DNA from: Candidatus Aerophobus profundus SCGC AAA252-L23
Lineage (GTDB): Bacteria; Aerophobota; Aerophobia; Aerophobales; Aerophobaceae
DNA length: 55,455 nt
Reading direction: 5' to 3'
Assembly (NCBI GenBank): GCA_000402295.1
Contig: AQRW01000190.1
Span: 1 to 55,455 of the forward strand
The notes beneath the pieces are model-generated. The model worked only from the letters and a program-made list of their open reading frames with translations. It searched no databases and was not told where the DNA came from. Shown here piece by piece: positions 9,312 to 19,007 of the stretch (the first letter of the stretch is position 1; each line of letters begins with the position of its first letter). Made by a program: the position numbers and the translations under genes.

Positions 9312-10048
9312 TGGAAAAGTTGTTGTTCCCAATCCTCGACCTAGGAAAAACAATGTCAGGCCTAAAGAGCTATGTGCAATTCTGGCGTGATTGGCGTGTT
9401 TACTCAAATAAGACAAATAGTGAGCCACTGTTGATGGGGAATGCGTATCCTTGCCTGTACGATCGCACTGCCACCACTGCTTTCGATACCCATTATTTCT
9501 ATCAGGATATTTGGGCATTCAAAGCGATCAAAGCCTCTAATACACCAAATCATGTAGACGTGGGGTCCCGGGCTATTTTTGTTGGTATGCTGACCGCAAT
9601 TACCAGAGTGAGTTTTGTTGATATTCGTCCCCTAATTGTCAACTTAGAGAACCTCAATTCGATACCAGGCAATATCCTTGCCCTACCTTTCGGGGACAAC
9701 TCAATTGGTTCACTTTCTTGCTTGCATGTGGCTGAACACATAGGATTGGGCCGTTACGGTGATTCCCTGGATCCCCAGGGTACACAGAAGGGCACGCGGG
9801 AGCTGGCGCGTGCCCTTGCGCCGCAGGGCAATCTGTATTTCGCTGTTCCAGTTGGAAAACCGCGTGTCTGTTTTAATGCCCATCGTATTCATTCACCACA
9901 GCAAATCTTGGATTACTTCTACGACTTGAAACTCATTCATTTCTCGGGCATCGACGATGACGGTACATTTAGACAAGATATAGAGCCCAGTGATCTCGCC
10001 GGTGCCTCCTATGGCTGTGGCCTATTTCACTTCAAGAAGAAGCCATGA
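9305..10048 (+). CDS. SAM-dependent methyltransferase-fold protein (DUF268-like)
   Basis: HVDVGSRAIFVGML, LPFGDNSIGSLSCLHVAEHIGLGRYGD and GNLYFAVPVG resemble the DUF268-type methyltransferase fold. Translationally coupled with both neighbours. Confidence 0.5.
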   Translation: MLMEKLLFPILDLGKTMSGLKSYVQFWRDWRVYSNKTNSEPLLMGNAYPCLYDRTATTAFDTHYFYQDIWAFKAIKASNTPNHVDVGSRAIFVGMLTAITRVSFVDIRPLIVNLENLNSIPGNILALPFGDNSIGSLSCLHVAEHIGLGRYGDSLDPQGTQKGTRELARALAPQGNLYFAVPVGKPRVCFNAHRIHSPQQILDYFYDLKLIHFSGIDDDGTFRQDIEPSDLAGASYGCGLFHFKKKP

Positions 10049-10824
10049 GTGTTGACGTGTTCAATCTTCTGAGTTACCTAAAAAGTAAGGTAGTACCCCA
10101 GCTCCTTGAGCTTACGTTAGGTAAGGCAAACCAGTGTGGTCTGCAAAACAAGGCGAACCGCCATGCATGGTTAAAGAATACATTGGCGGGCATCCCCCCC
10201 GGACAGCGCATTCTGGATGCCGGTGCGGGCGAACAACAGTACAAGCGGTTTTGTGCCCACCTTGATTATGTGAGTCAGGATTTTGCCAGGTACGATGGAC
10301 GGGGCGATGGTGCTGGCTTACAAAAGGGAATTTGGGATCAGTCCCACCTGGATATTGTATGCGACATTACGAGTATTCCCGAACCCGATGGTTCGTTTGA
10401 TGTCACAATGTGTATTGAGGTGTTAGAGCACCTTCCCGATCCTATTCGTGCTCTGGGTGAACTGGCTCGTCTTCTTAAACGTGGTGGTATGCTGATTGTA
10501 ACTGCCCCCTTTTGTTCATTAACCCATTTTTCACCGTATTTCTACTACACTGGCTACAGCCGATATTTCTACGAATACTGGCTTAGCGAGTTGGGATTTC
10601 ACATTGAGGACATGCAGTGGAATGGTAACTATTTTGAGTACTTGGCCCAAGAGTTGAGACGTTTGCCTTCGAGTGGTAAGAAGTACAGCAGGATAAGCCC
10701 AAGTTGGTTTGAGCGAGGTGCGATGCACATCATACTGAGATTGCTGAGGCGACTATCTCGGCATGACCAAGGCTCTCAAAAACTGTTAGCGTACGGTTTG
10801 CACATTCGCGCCCGCAAAAAATGA
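10045..10824 (+). CDS. class I SAM-dependent methyltransferase
   Basis: ILDAGAGEQQY, DGSFDVTMCIEVLEHLPDP, LLKRGGMLIVTAPF. ATGA overlap with the upstream gene. Confidence 0.8.
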   Translation: MSVDVFNLLSYLKSKVVPQLLELTLGKANQCGLQNKANRHAWLKNTLAGIPPGQRILDAGAGEQQYKRFCAHLDYVSQDFARYDGRGDGAGLQKGIWDQSHLDIVCDITSIPEPDGSFDVTMCIEVLEHLPDPIRALGELARLLKRGGMLIVTAPFCSLTHFSPYFYYTGYSRYFYEYWLSELGFHIEDMQWNGNYFEYLAQELRRLPSSGKKYSRISPSWFERGAMHIILRLLRRLSRHDQGSQKLLAYGLHIRARKK

Positions 10825-10954
10825 AGTTGTTACGAGTTCTCTACTCCTGGAGCGGGGATATCTTGGATAAAGAGAGCGCAATCCGTACCCCGGCACCACA
10901 TTCCGGGTGCTCTTCTAAAGAAGCTATGCAGCCTTATGCGGAGGCGATACTTCG

Positions 10955-11977
10955 ATGAAAGTTCTTTATTGTGCACTTTGTTACGATTACGGATGTATAG
11001 ATCGAGGTCCAAGCTTTGAGGAAGTGAACCTGGGGGATACTCTACGGCATATGAAGGAGCTGGAAGTAATTGACTTTCACTTTGATATCATTGAACATCA
11101 AGGACGGGATGTCAACGCTGAGTTCATTTCCGTACTTGAAAAAGAGCGTCCAGAAATCACCTTTGTTGTCCTGCACAAAGATGAAATCAATCCTGAGGCG
11201 TTGGACAACGTTAGAGAACTCACGACGCTGGTCTCTTGGGGTTGCGATGATCACTGGAGATTCCGAACCGGATACATGCAGCGCTATGCGCCGCATTTTG
11301 ATTACTGCATCACCACCTGCAAGGACGCGATTCCGGATTACCGGGCGGCAGGACAGCCAAACGTAATCGTGAGTCAGTGGGGATGCAACCCACAGATTTA
11401 TCACCCCAGCCCTGAAGGGTATCTGTATGATCTATCCTTTGTTGGCCAGAATTACGGGCCACGGCAGGAGGTCATCAATTATCTATGGAAGCGAGGCTTA
11501 AACGTCGTGGTCTTTGGAAGGGGGTGGCCTCATCGGCGGCGATGGCTTTGGAAACGAGGCCTCTGGTTTACTCTATTTGGTTCGTCACCGGCTGGGGGGT
11601 ACGTTCCGTACCAGAAGGTTGTGGAGATCTACGGGCGTAGCAAGATCAACTTGTGCCTGAATAATAATGTGACAGGGATAGATAACATCAAGGGGAGAAA
11701 CTTCGAGGTGCCGGCTTGCCGTGGCTTCTTAATCACCGGTCCAGCACAGGGTTTAGGAGAGTACTTCGAGATTGGCAAAGAGATCGTTGTCTACCATAAT
11801 CCAGATGATCTGGCAGACAAAATTGTCTACTATCTCGAGCACAGTGAGGACCGTGAAACCATAGCTGAAGCCGGTTACAAACGAGTTATTCGAGATCACA
11901 CCTATGGGGGGCGTTTCCGTGAGATTTTCTCCAATATCAATCTGGAAGTCAAGGGGGCGGCGGTGTGGCGAGGGTAA
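10955..11977 (+). CDS. CgeB-like glycosyltransferase (Glyco_trans_1_2-type C-terminal domain)
   Basis: KINLCLNN...IKGRNFEVPACRGFLITG...EYFEIGKEIVVYHNPDDLADKIVYYLEHSEDRETIAEAGYKRV matches the CgeB-family pattern. Confidence 0.7.
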   Translation: MKVLYCALCYDYGCIDRGPSFEEVNLGDTLRHMKELEVIDFHFDIIEHQGRDVNAEFISVLEKERPEITFVVLHKDEINPEALDNVRELTTLVSWGCDDHWRFRTGYMQRYAPHFDYCITTCKDAIPDYRAAGQPNVIVSQWGCNPQIYHPSPEGYLYDLSFVGQNYGPRQEVINYLWKRGLNVVVFGRGWPHRRRWLWKRGLWFTLFGSSPAGGYVPYQKVVEIYGRSKINLCLNNNVTGIDNIKGRNFEVPACRGFLITGPAQGLGEYFEIGKEIVVYHNPDDLADKIVYYLEHSEDRETIAEAGYKRVIRDHTYGGRFREIFSNINLEVKGAAVWRG

Positions 11978-12963
11978 GTGTCCTCATGTCCGTGTACAAC
12001 GGTGAAACCTACCTGCAAGAAGCAATCAATTCCATCTTGCACCAACAGTTCACTGACTTCGAGTTTATTATCATCAATGATGGTTCTACGGATCGCAGTG
12101 CCGGCATAATACAATCGTATCATGATGCTCGAATTCGTTATTTTGAAAACGGTCAAAACATTGGCTTGATTGATTCGCTTAACCATGGACTGTCACTTGC
12201 CCGTAGCCCATATATTGCGCGCATGGATGCCGATGACGTCAGTCTGCCGGAACGCCTAGCTCGGCAGGTGGATTTCCTAAATGTGCATCCCGAAATTGGT
12301 GTCGTGGGCTCTGCGGTGCAGGTGATTGATGGCGCTGGAAACCCGTCCCATGTATGGCGATTCCCCACCGAACACGGGGTTATTGCATGGCGTCTGTTCT
12401 TCGCCGACCCTATTGCGCATCCAACGGTGATGATAAGGCGAGAAGTAGTGAGTCAGGTCGGCGGGTACAGTGCTGATATGGTACACGCGGAAGATTACGA
12501 TCTCTGGCGGCGCCTGAGCCACACGACATGTTTGTCTAATCTACCAGACGTGTTGTTGCGTCTTAGAAGGCACGAATCCTGTGTCACACGAGCGCACCAT
12601 ACCCAGCAGTGGAACAATAGTATCAGAATAAGCCACCTCATGATATCTGAAGTTTTGGGTGAGGATGTCCCGATGCGGCTGGTTCAACATCTGTGGGGCG
12701 AGCAATTCCAGAGTCTCAACGACGTGCGTCAGGTTGCGAACCTGATCTATAGACTGTATCAAGCCAGTGTTATTGACAATGCACTGTCAGCGGCTGAGAA
12801 ACGAGTAATCCGCAGGGACGCATGCAGGCGCTTGTTCGATCTGGGGCGTCAGCGAACAGGTGATGGGTACGCGTGGGAACTAATTGGCTTAGTTCCTCGG
12901 ATCGACCCTTTGGTTATCGGCAGAGTAGCAGCAGGTAGACTTCGCCGCATAGTCCGCGGGTAG
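11965..12963 (+). CDS. GT2 family glycosyltransferase
   Basis: VSVLMSVYNGETYLQEAINSIL, FEFIIINDGSTD, ARMDADDVSLPERL. Confidence 0.85.
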   Translation: MARVSVLMSVYNGETYLQEAINSILHQQFTDFEFIIINDGSTDRSAGIIQSYHDARIRYFENGQNIGLIDSLNHGLSLARSPYIARMDADDVSLPERLARQVDFLNVHPEIGVVGSAVQVIDGAGNPSHVWRFPTEHGVIAWRLFFADPIAHPTVMIRREVVSQVGGYSADMVHAEDYDLWRRLSHTTCLSNLPDVLLRLRRHESCVTRAHHTQQWNNSIRISHLMISEVLGEDVPMRLVQHLWGEQFQSLNDVRQVANLIYRLYQASVIDNALSAAEKRVIRRDACRRLFDLGRQRTGDGYAWELIGLVPRIDPLVIGRVAAGRLRRIVRG

Positions 12964-13160
12964 CTTTTTGCGAGGCGTACGAGGGACTTGCTACGGGTCT
13001 TCCTTGTTGGCGCGGTTGAACCCTCTGGGGGGGATTGAAAGTATCGCCGTCAGGTACTCTGGAGACAGCCTGACCGCTACCTGGTTATCACCGCGTCAGC
13101 CTATTAACATTGGCCGAGAACAGGAGATACAGCTTTGTTGGAAAGTGGGGATACCCAGTG

Positions 13161-14330
13161 ATGAGAAGAGTGCTTGTCCTATCCGGATACTTTCCTGACA
13201 CCACACGCCCCAGCCGAGGAATCTTCGTATTAGAGCAAGCGGAAAAACTGGCGAAGATTGCACATGTCACAGTCATTTCGCCGGTTGCTGTTCCGTTGCC
13301 CAGGAAGAAGTTCAGGCGCATTCGAGAAACCATTTCCCGTATTCCACACCATAGTAGTCTGAACGGGGTGAATTGCTTTAGACCTCGTTACTTTGACTTT
13401 CCCAGGTTGGGGAACTACCTGAATGCTTATGCGATATTCCTATCTGTGTGGCGGTGTATTTCCAGGAACAACATAGAAATAGACCTGATCCACGCTCATT
13501 TCGCACACGAAATGGGATATGTAGGGGTTCTGTTATCAAAGTGGCTGAGCAAACCGTTTATATTGACCGTGCATGGGTCCGATATCAACATTCGACCACA
13601 GTTTGTTCCAGATAGGAAGAGAATATCTGTTGCCCTAAGGAACTCAAATCGTGTGATCGCCGTCAGCAACGATTTGAAGGCAAAAGTCTTGACCATGGGG
13701 GTCCAGCCGGATAAGGTGGTGGTGATTGGTAATGGAGTGGATACCATGCAATTTAAGCCAATGGATAAATTTATGGCCAGAAGTCGCTTGGGATTTCCAG
13801 CAAGGGAGCCAGTTGTTCTTTCTGTGGCGAATCTAAATGAAGTGAAAGGAATTCATTACCTGATCAAAGCCTTCTCGCAATTGTGTGGTAGAAAGCAATG
13901 GTTACTTCTTGCGATTGTGGGAGCTGGCTCCATGAGACCCGAGCTTGAGGCGGAAGTCAAAAGTTTGGGGTTAGCTAATAGTACCTGTTTTGTTGGGGAG
14001 AGACCACATGACGAGATTCCGCTGTGGATGAATGCGTGTGACGTGTTTGTTCTCCCCAGTCTGAATGAGGGATTCGGCATTGTTTTGCTGGAGGCGTTGG
14101 CCTGTGGCAGACCAGTAGTTGCTACTAGAGTTGGGGGAATCCCAGAGCTCATCAAAGATGGTTCTGTGGGACTACTAGTGGAACCAGCAAATTCGAGGGC
14201 TTTAGCAGAAGCAATGCGCAACGCGATTACAATGAAATGGGATACAGAAAAGATGATTCGGTATGCTACAGATTACTCCTGGAGCAAAGCCGCCCAAAAG
14301 ATTTATGAGGAATATGAAAGCGTACTTTGA
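13161..14330 (+). CDS. GT4 family glycosyltransferase
   Basis: MRRVLVLSGYFP start at 13161. HAHFAHEMGY, and the C-terminal EX7E region PSLNEGFGIVLLEALACGRPVVATRVGGIPELI. Confidence 0.85.
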   Translation: MRRVLVLSGYFPDTTRPSRGIFVLEQAEKLAKIAHVTVISPVAVPLPRKKFRRIRETISRIPHHSSLNGVNCFRPRYFDFPRLGNYLNAYAIFLSVWRCISRNNIEIDLIHAHFAHEMGYVGVLLSKWLSKPFILTVHGSDINIRPQFVPDRKRISVALRNSNRVIAVSNDLKAKVLTMGVQPDKVVVIGNGVDTMQFKPMDKFMARSRLGFPAREPVVLSVANLNEVKGIHYLIKAFSQLCGRKQWLLLAIVGAGSMRPELEAEVKSLGLANSTCFVGERPHDEIPLWMNACDVFVLPSLNEGFGIVLLEALACGRPVVATRVGGIPELIKDGSVGLLVEPANSRALAEAMRNAITMKWDTEKMIRYATDYSWSKAAQKIYEEYESVL

Positions 14331-14596
14331 AAGACTCAGGAACGATAACCGGTTAATTGGTGTAGCCTGGGTGTTATTGGCTGTTTTCTTGTCCTTGTTG
14401 TCCATCTACGCTGTGGTGGACAATAAGCTACTTTTGGCCATGGTATTTGCAGTCCCCATTTCTCTCATTTTCTTTCTTCGCCCTCTGTGGGGATTGTACA
14501 TACTTGTTGCTTTGATTCCCTTTCAGCTTTTCCCGATGGCTTTCTTTGGTAGCTCGTACACCTTTTCGGTGTGTCAGGTGCTGGTTAAGCTTCTAT
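14175..14596. repeat. left copy of a 422-bp direct repeat (GT4 3' end plus wzy-like 5' end)
   Basis: Aligns without gaps to 15781..16202, offset exactly 1606 bp. About 28 mismatches by hand count, roughly 93 percent identity. Confidence 0.9.
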
Positions 14597-14703
14597 CACA
14601 AAATACGCTGAGGACCACGGGCGTAAAGCCTGTGGGTATCTACAGTTACGGGCAAATTGCATGCCGCGTGATGTATTTTTGGGTGCGATGGATCAATAAA
14701 TGA
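14314..14703 (+). pseudogene. truncated 5' copy of the Wzy/O-antigen-ligase-family gene
   Basis: MKAYFERLRNDNRLIG...VCQVLVKLL matches the first 94 codons of 15920..17578. It then diverges into unrelated sequence and stops at 14703. Confidence 0.8.
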
Positions 14704-14793
14704 CGCCGGCCTGTTGGGGGGCGGCGAAATAGTGTGCGACTAATTAGGGTTTACGTCACATAAGTAGAGGGAAACAAGGAAGGAGGTTGGTCT

Positions 14794-15690
14794 ATGAGCG
14801 CACTAAGCTATCCGAAATATGATGCAGCGAGCTCCAGTTGGGGTACCTCGACCCATGAATCGATGGGGACAGGCATGCATCGGCTTTTAGGCAGCGCGCT
14901 TCACGTTAGGCCCGTGGGAAGCTGGGTGCGTACCAGGGTCAAGGAGCTCCGCGCCTACCAAGCACTGCTAAGTTCACGGGAAATCCGAGATCAGACAAAG
15001 TTTGTCATATTTGCTCAGGGTAGGACTGGAAGTGACTTACTGCGTAGTCTAATTCAGTGCCATCCATCCATTTGTTGCGAGGAAGAAATCTTGGCCCGGG
15101 AGATTCTCTTACCAGCATCCTTTGTGCTTGGACGGGCTAAGCTATGCAGGAAGAGTGTTTACGGTTTTAAACTGAAGATCTATCAACTTACGAGAGGGCA
15201 GAAGTTGCACTACCCAGGCAGGTTCGTGAGCAATTTGGTGGGTGAGGGTTGGCGAATCGTGTACTTGAGTCGGTGGAATATGCTGCGGCAGGTGCTTTCG
15301 GGTATTGTTGCGGAGCACAGGAATGCTTATCAGTACCGATTGGCAGATGGTCCGCTCGTACTTGAACCCATCCGCGTGAACTGCGCTGGCGTAATTGCGA
15401 AGATGAGGGAACGAAAAAGCTATCTTAGGCTTGAGAGGAGAATACTGAAGGATATACCTTATTTCCCAATCGTGTATGAAAATGATCTCCTAAGGCCAGA
15501 GTGTCAGCAGAATACTCTGAACAAGCTGTTCGGCTATCTGGGAGTGCGGCCGGTGCCTGTGCACTCAGATTTGCTCAAGATCACACCTATGAGACTATCG
15601 GATTTCGTTGATAACTGGCGAGAGCTTGTACGGACTGTTAGGGGCACCGAGTTCGAAGAGTTTGTGAAGGGTGTGCTAGCAAAACGCTGA
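14794..15690 (+). CDS. sulfotransferase-like protein (Stf0-like P-loop pattern)
   Basis: A 5'-PSB-like motif FAQGRTGSDLL and a 3'-PB-like motif YLSRWNMLRQVLSGIVA. It is the only gene in the 1184-bp unique segment between the 422-bp repeats. Confidence 0.55.
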   Translation: MSALSYPKYDAASSSWGTSTHESMGTGMHRLLGSALHVRPVGSWVRTRVKELRAYQALLSSREIRDQTKFVIFAQGRTGSDLLRSLIQCHPSICCEEEILAREILLPASFVLGRAKLCRKSVYGFKLKIYQLTRGQKLHYPGRFVSNLVGEGWRIVYLSRWNMLRQVLSGIVAEHRNAYQYRLADGPLVLEPIRVNCAGVIAKMRERKSYLRLERRILKDIPYFPIVYENDLLRPECQQNTLNKLFGYLGVRPVPVHSDLLKITPMRLSDFVDNWRELVRTVRGTEFEEFVKGVLAKR

Positions 15691-15780
15691 AATTATGAGT
15701 CAAGTCTACCACTTTCGCTGGAAAAATTAAGCGTTGGTCTTGACATCAGTCATATTTCAAAGTGGTTTCTCAGCAGCCTC

Positions 15781-15936
15781 CTAGTGGAACCAGCAAATTC
15801 GAGGGCTTTAGCAGAAGCAATCCGCAAGGCAATTACAATGAAATGGGATACAGAAAAGATGATTCGATATGCTACAGATTACTCCTGGGGGAAAGCCGCC
15901 CAAAAGATTTATGAGGAATATGAAAGCTTACTTTGA
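15781..15936 (+). pseudogene. orphan 3' fragment of the GT4 gene
   Basis: Encodes LVEPANSRALAEAIRKAITMKWDTEKMIRYATDYSWGKAAQKIYEEYESLL*, equal to the last 51 codons of 13161..14330. No upstream coding continuation. Confidence 0.85.
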
Positions 15937-16202
15937 AGGACTCAGGAACGACAACCGGTTAATTGGTCTGGCCTGGGTGTCATTGGCTGTTTTCTTGTCC
16001 TTGCTGTCCATCTACGCTGTGGTGGACAATAAGCTACTTTTGGTCATGGTATTTGGAGTCCCCATTTCTCTCATCTTCTTTTTTCGCCCTCTATGGGGAT
16101 TGTACATACTCGTTGCTCTGATTCCCTTTCAACTTTTCCCAATGGCCTTCTTCGGTAGCCCATACACTTTCTCGGTGTGTCAGGTGCTGGTTAAGCTTCT
16201 AT
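15781..16202. repeat. right copy of the 422-bp direct repeat
   Basis: See 14175..14596. Confidence 0.9.
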
Positions 16203-17578
16203 TTGCAATTACCGTTTTGAGAGTGGTTGGGTCGCGCCGATTCTCTTTTGCTTCTTCCCCTCTCAATTTGTGGATTGTCCTTTTTATACTGGTAGCTTTC
16301 CTTTCGACATTGTACACGTCTGATATGAGAGAGCACCTGAAAGGAACTATTCCAAATGTGGTTGATTTGTTCTTACTGTATTTTGTGGTTACCAACAATA
16401 TCAGAACTAGAGACCAACTGCGGAAGTTGGTCAACATACTTGTCGGGGTCTCTGCCATTGTCGCTGCAATAGGCACATTACAGTATTTAGGGGGGTTGGG
16501 AGTGATCGAAAGGTATTTGCGATCAGATTTCGTTTCTCTTTTTGCTGGTCCCGGATATGCCCAATTGAGGGTTGGAGGCATGTTGAGACGGATTCGGTTA
16601 GGAGGATTTGACATCGTAACTTCAATTTTTGTTAATAGTTCTGACTATGGTGGTTTCTTGCTATATTTGTTTCCTGTTTGCTGTGCCTTGTCTTTAGCAG
16701 AAAAAACACCAAGGATGAAAGTTCTCTACGGTGTTGTCACTCTACTTTTTGCTTTTAACCTTATTGTTTGCCTTTCCCGAAGTGCTTGGCTGGGGCTGGC
16801 AGCGGCAGTTATTTTCCTTGGCTTCGTGAGCCTACGACGTAACAATAGATTAGCCGCGGCGGTCGTAGCCATTGTTCTACTCTCAGTGGTCATCGGAGGC
16901 ATCGTCGGATATTCTTCTTACATGGAGTTGTTGCCTTCTACCGTTCAAAGTCATGTTCTTGAGACAATCAGGGAAGGCACTGCAGCACGTTCTTACCAGG
17001 TGAGGGTTGGGTGGTGGCATGAATCACTCTTCAAAGTCTCCAAGATGCCCCTGTTGGGGACCACAACCCTGTTCAAAACTCACAACTTGTACATTGAAAT
17101 CTTGTTGTTGTTTGGCCTGGTGGGACTCTTGTTTTATCTGGTGATCATGGGGGTTACCCTTCATCAACTATTCCGTACTTTTACGTATAGTGATAACAAT
17201 TACTTGAAAGGGATTTCTATCGGTGTTTGTGCCAGCCTGATTGGTCTCTTGTTTCACTCACTTTTCTGGAACGATCTTTTTTTTGTTCCGCAGAATGATA
17301 TGCTATTTGCGCTTTTTTTGGGGTTGGCGGTGGTTACTGCTATGATAGGTGGAGGGAAAGAAAGTGAAAATGAGTTCACAACACCCAGATTTACCTTGGC
17401 CAGATTTAGGGTCGTTCGGGTTATTTTTGGTATTTCTCTCTTTGCCAGCCTGTTAATTGCGATCCTTAATTTTTCCGCCTTTGATATTTTTTCCTATGGA
17501 GCTTTCGCAGCGGTGATACTGCTTACTCCATTGGCGATTAGAAAAGTTAAATGCAAGTTGCAAGTGGAGCCCGAATGA
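15920..17578 (+). CDS. O-antigen polymerase/ligase family (Wzy_C-like) polytopic membrane protein
   Basis: More than 10 hydrophobic segments. Central LSRSAWLGLAAAVIFLGF region typical of the Wzy_C/O-antigen ligase family. Start MKAYFEG overlaps the GT4-fragment stop. Confidence 0.75.
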   Translation: MKAYFEGLRNDNRLIGLAWVSLAVFLSLLSIYAVVDNKLLLVMVFGVPISLIFFFRPLWGLYILVALIPFQLFPMAFFGSPYTFSVCQVLVKLLFAITVLRVVGSRRFSFASSPLNLWIVLFILVAFLSTLYTSDMREHLKGTIPNVVDLFLLYFVVTNNIRTRDQLRKLVNILVGVSAIVAAIGTLQYLGGLGVIERYLRSDFVSLFAGPGYAQLRVGGMLRRIRLGGFDIVTSIFVNSSDYGGFLLYLFPVCCALSLAEKTPRMKVLYGVVTLLFAFNLIVCLSRSAWLGLAAAVIFLGFVSLRRNNRLAAAVVAIVLLSVVIGGIVGYSSYMELLPSTVQSHVLETIREGTAARSYQVRVGWWHESLFKVSKMPLLGTTTLFKTHNLYIEILLLFGLVGLLFYLVIMGVTLHQLFRTFTYSDNNYLKGISIGVCASLIGLLFHSLFWNDLFFVPQNDMLFALFLGLAVVTAMIGGGKESENEFTTPRFTLARFRVVRVIFGISLFASLLIAILNFSAFDIFSYGAFAAVILLTPLAIRKVKCKLQVEPE

Positions 17579-17784
17579 GTAGCGAAAAAGCTGCTCAGGG
17601 AACTATGTTTGTCGGCGTGAAGGATGCGTGGGACGTAATGGTCGGGCCTGGAAAGTAGGCAATGATAGACTTTACTGCCTACACTATGAGTAATCATCGG
17701 TGTCGGGGAAATGGTGGATCGGGGAGCGATAGAGACAGTTGGAAACGGTGCGTTGTCTGTTGTGACTAGAATCAGGAATTAGAG

Positions 17785-19002
17785 ATGCTGGAGGGTGAGA
17801 CTATTCTGTGTTTATCTCCGAGTTCCTGGTTTTCACTGTGGCGCAACCGCCAACAAATCATGTCAAGATTAGCGAGACGGAATGTGGTTTTATTTGTTGA
17901 ACCACAACGTAATCCGCAGTATAGTTTTCTTGTTAACCTCAAGTGCAAGGCCTGCAATTTCCGCCGTGTTCATGTGAAACAGGTGGATCGGCGGCTCTAT
18001 GTGGTCGATGTTCCTCCTGCGCTGCCTTTCAGCGCAACGTTATCGGGGTGGATCGGTCCGTGGTTGCCTAAGCAGGTCAGTCGAGTGAATAATGCCGTAT
18101 TGTTGAGGTCAGTATCCCAGGCCATCAGGTATGTCGGTTGCGATAAGCCTATTCTTTGGCTTTATCTACCTTATCACGGTAGACTAGTCGGACATTTTGG
18201 TGAGAAGCTCGTGTGTTACCATATTTATGATGAACTTGCGGATTATCCTTCTAATAGAATTATCAAAACCTTCTTTGAGCATTGTGACCGAGAGCTTTGC
18301 AAAAAGGTCGATGTGATCTTTGCATCGTCGCTGGCTCAGACCTTGCGGCGCAGACTATTCAATCCACATACCTATTTTGTACCGAACGCTGCTGATTTCA
18401 CTCACTTTCAAAAAGCGCTCGATCCAAACTTGGAATTGCCCCTCAATGTCCGCGACATCCCGCAGCCCAGGATTGTCTACTGTGGATTTCTGGGTTTTCA
18501 AATAGATGTCGGCTTGCTTCTGAAAATCGCAACTGCCCAACGTGACTGGAGACTACTTCTCGTCGGCCCGGATCGACTAAAACACGACAAGGTCTACCAG
18601 ACATTGAGGCAATGCAAGAATGTGTATTTCTTAGGGGAGAAACCATTGCAAGAACTACCGGCTTATCTCAGGGCGTGCGATGTGGCGATTATGCCGTACG
18701 ACCTGAGTACACATGTGCTAACAAGTTATCCACTGAAGCTCCATGAGTACCTTGCAGCTGGCAAGCCTATTGTTTCGGTAAATATGCCGGAACTAGAGGC
18801 ATTTAAAGACGTGATCTACATCTCAAAAAGTGGGGGAGATTTCCTATCCAATATTGAATTGGCTTTAGAGGAGGACACACCCGAAAAAGTCCAAAAACGG
18901 GTTGAGGTGGCTCGAAGAAATACTTGGGATGACAGAGTGGAAGAAATGTCAAGGTTCATTATAAAAAGGCTTTCAGAAAAATCCTGTGGAATAGCTATCT
19001 GA
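17785..19002 (+). CDS. GT-B glycosyltransferase (GT1/GT4-like, TuaH-like)
   Basis: C-terminal YLRACDVAIMPYDLSTHVLTSYPLKLHEYLAAGKPIVS. 405 aa, a tandem paralog of the next gene. Confidence 0.7.
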   Translation: MLEGETILCLSPSSWFSLWRNRQQIMSRLARRNVVLFVEPQRNPQYSFLVNLKCKACNFRRVHVKQVDRRLYVVDVPPALPFSATLSGWIGPWLPKQVSRVNNAVLLRSVSQAIRYVGCDKPILWLYLPYHGRLVGHFGEKLVCYHIYDELADYPSNRIIKTFFEHCDRELCKKVDVIFASSLAQTLRRRLFNPHTYFVPNAADFTHFQKALDPNLELPLNVRDIPQPRIVYCGFLGFQIDVGLLLKIATAQRDWRLLLVGPDRLKHDKVYQTLRQCKNVYFLGEKPLQELPAYLRACDVAIMPYDLSTHVLTSYPLKLHEYLAAGKPIVSVNMPELEAFKDVIYISKSGGDFLSNIELALEEDTPEKVQKRVEVARRNTWDDRVEEMSRFIIKRLSEKSCGIAI

Positions 19003-19007
19003 AATCT

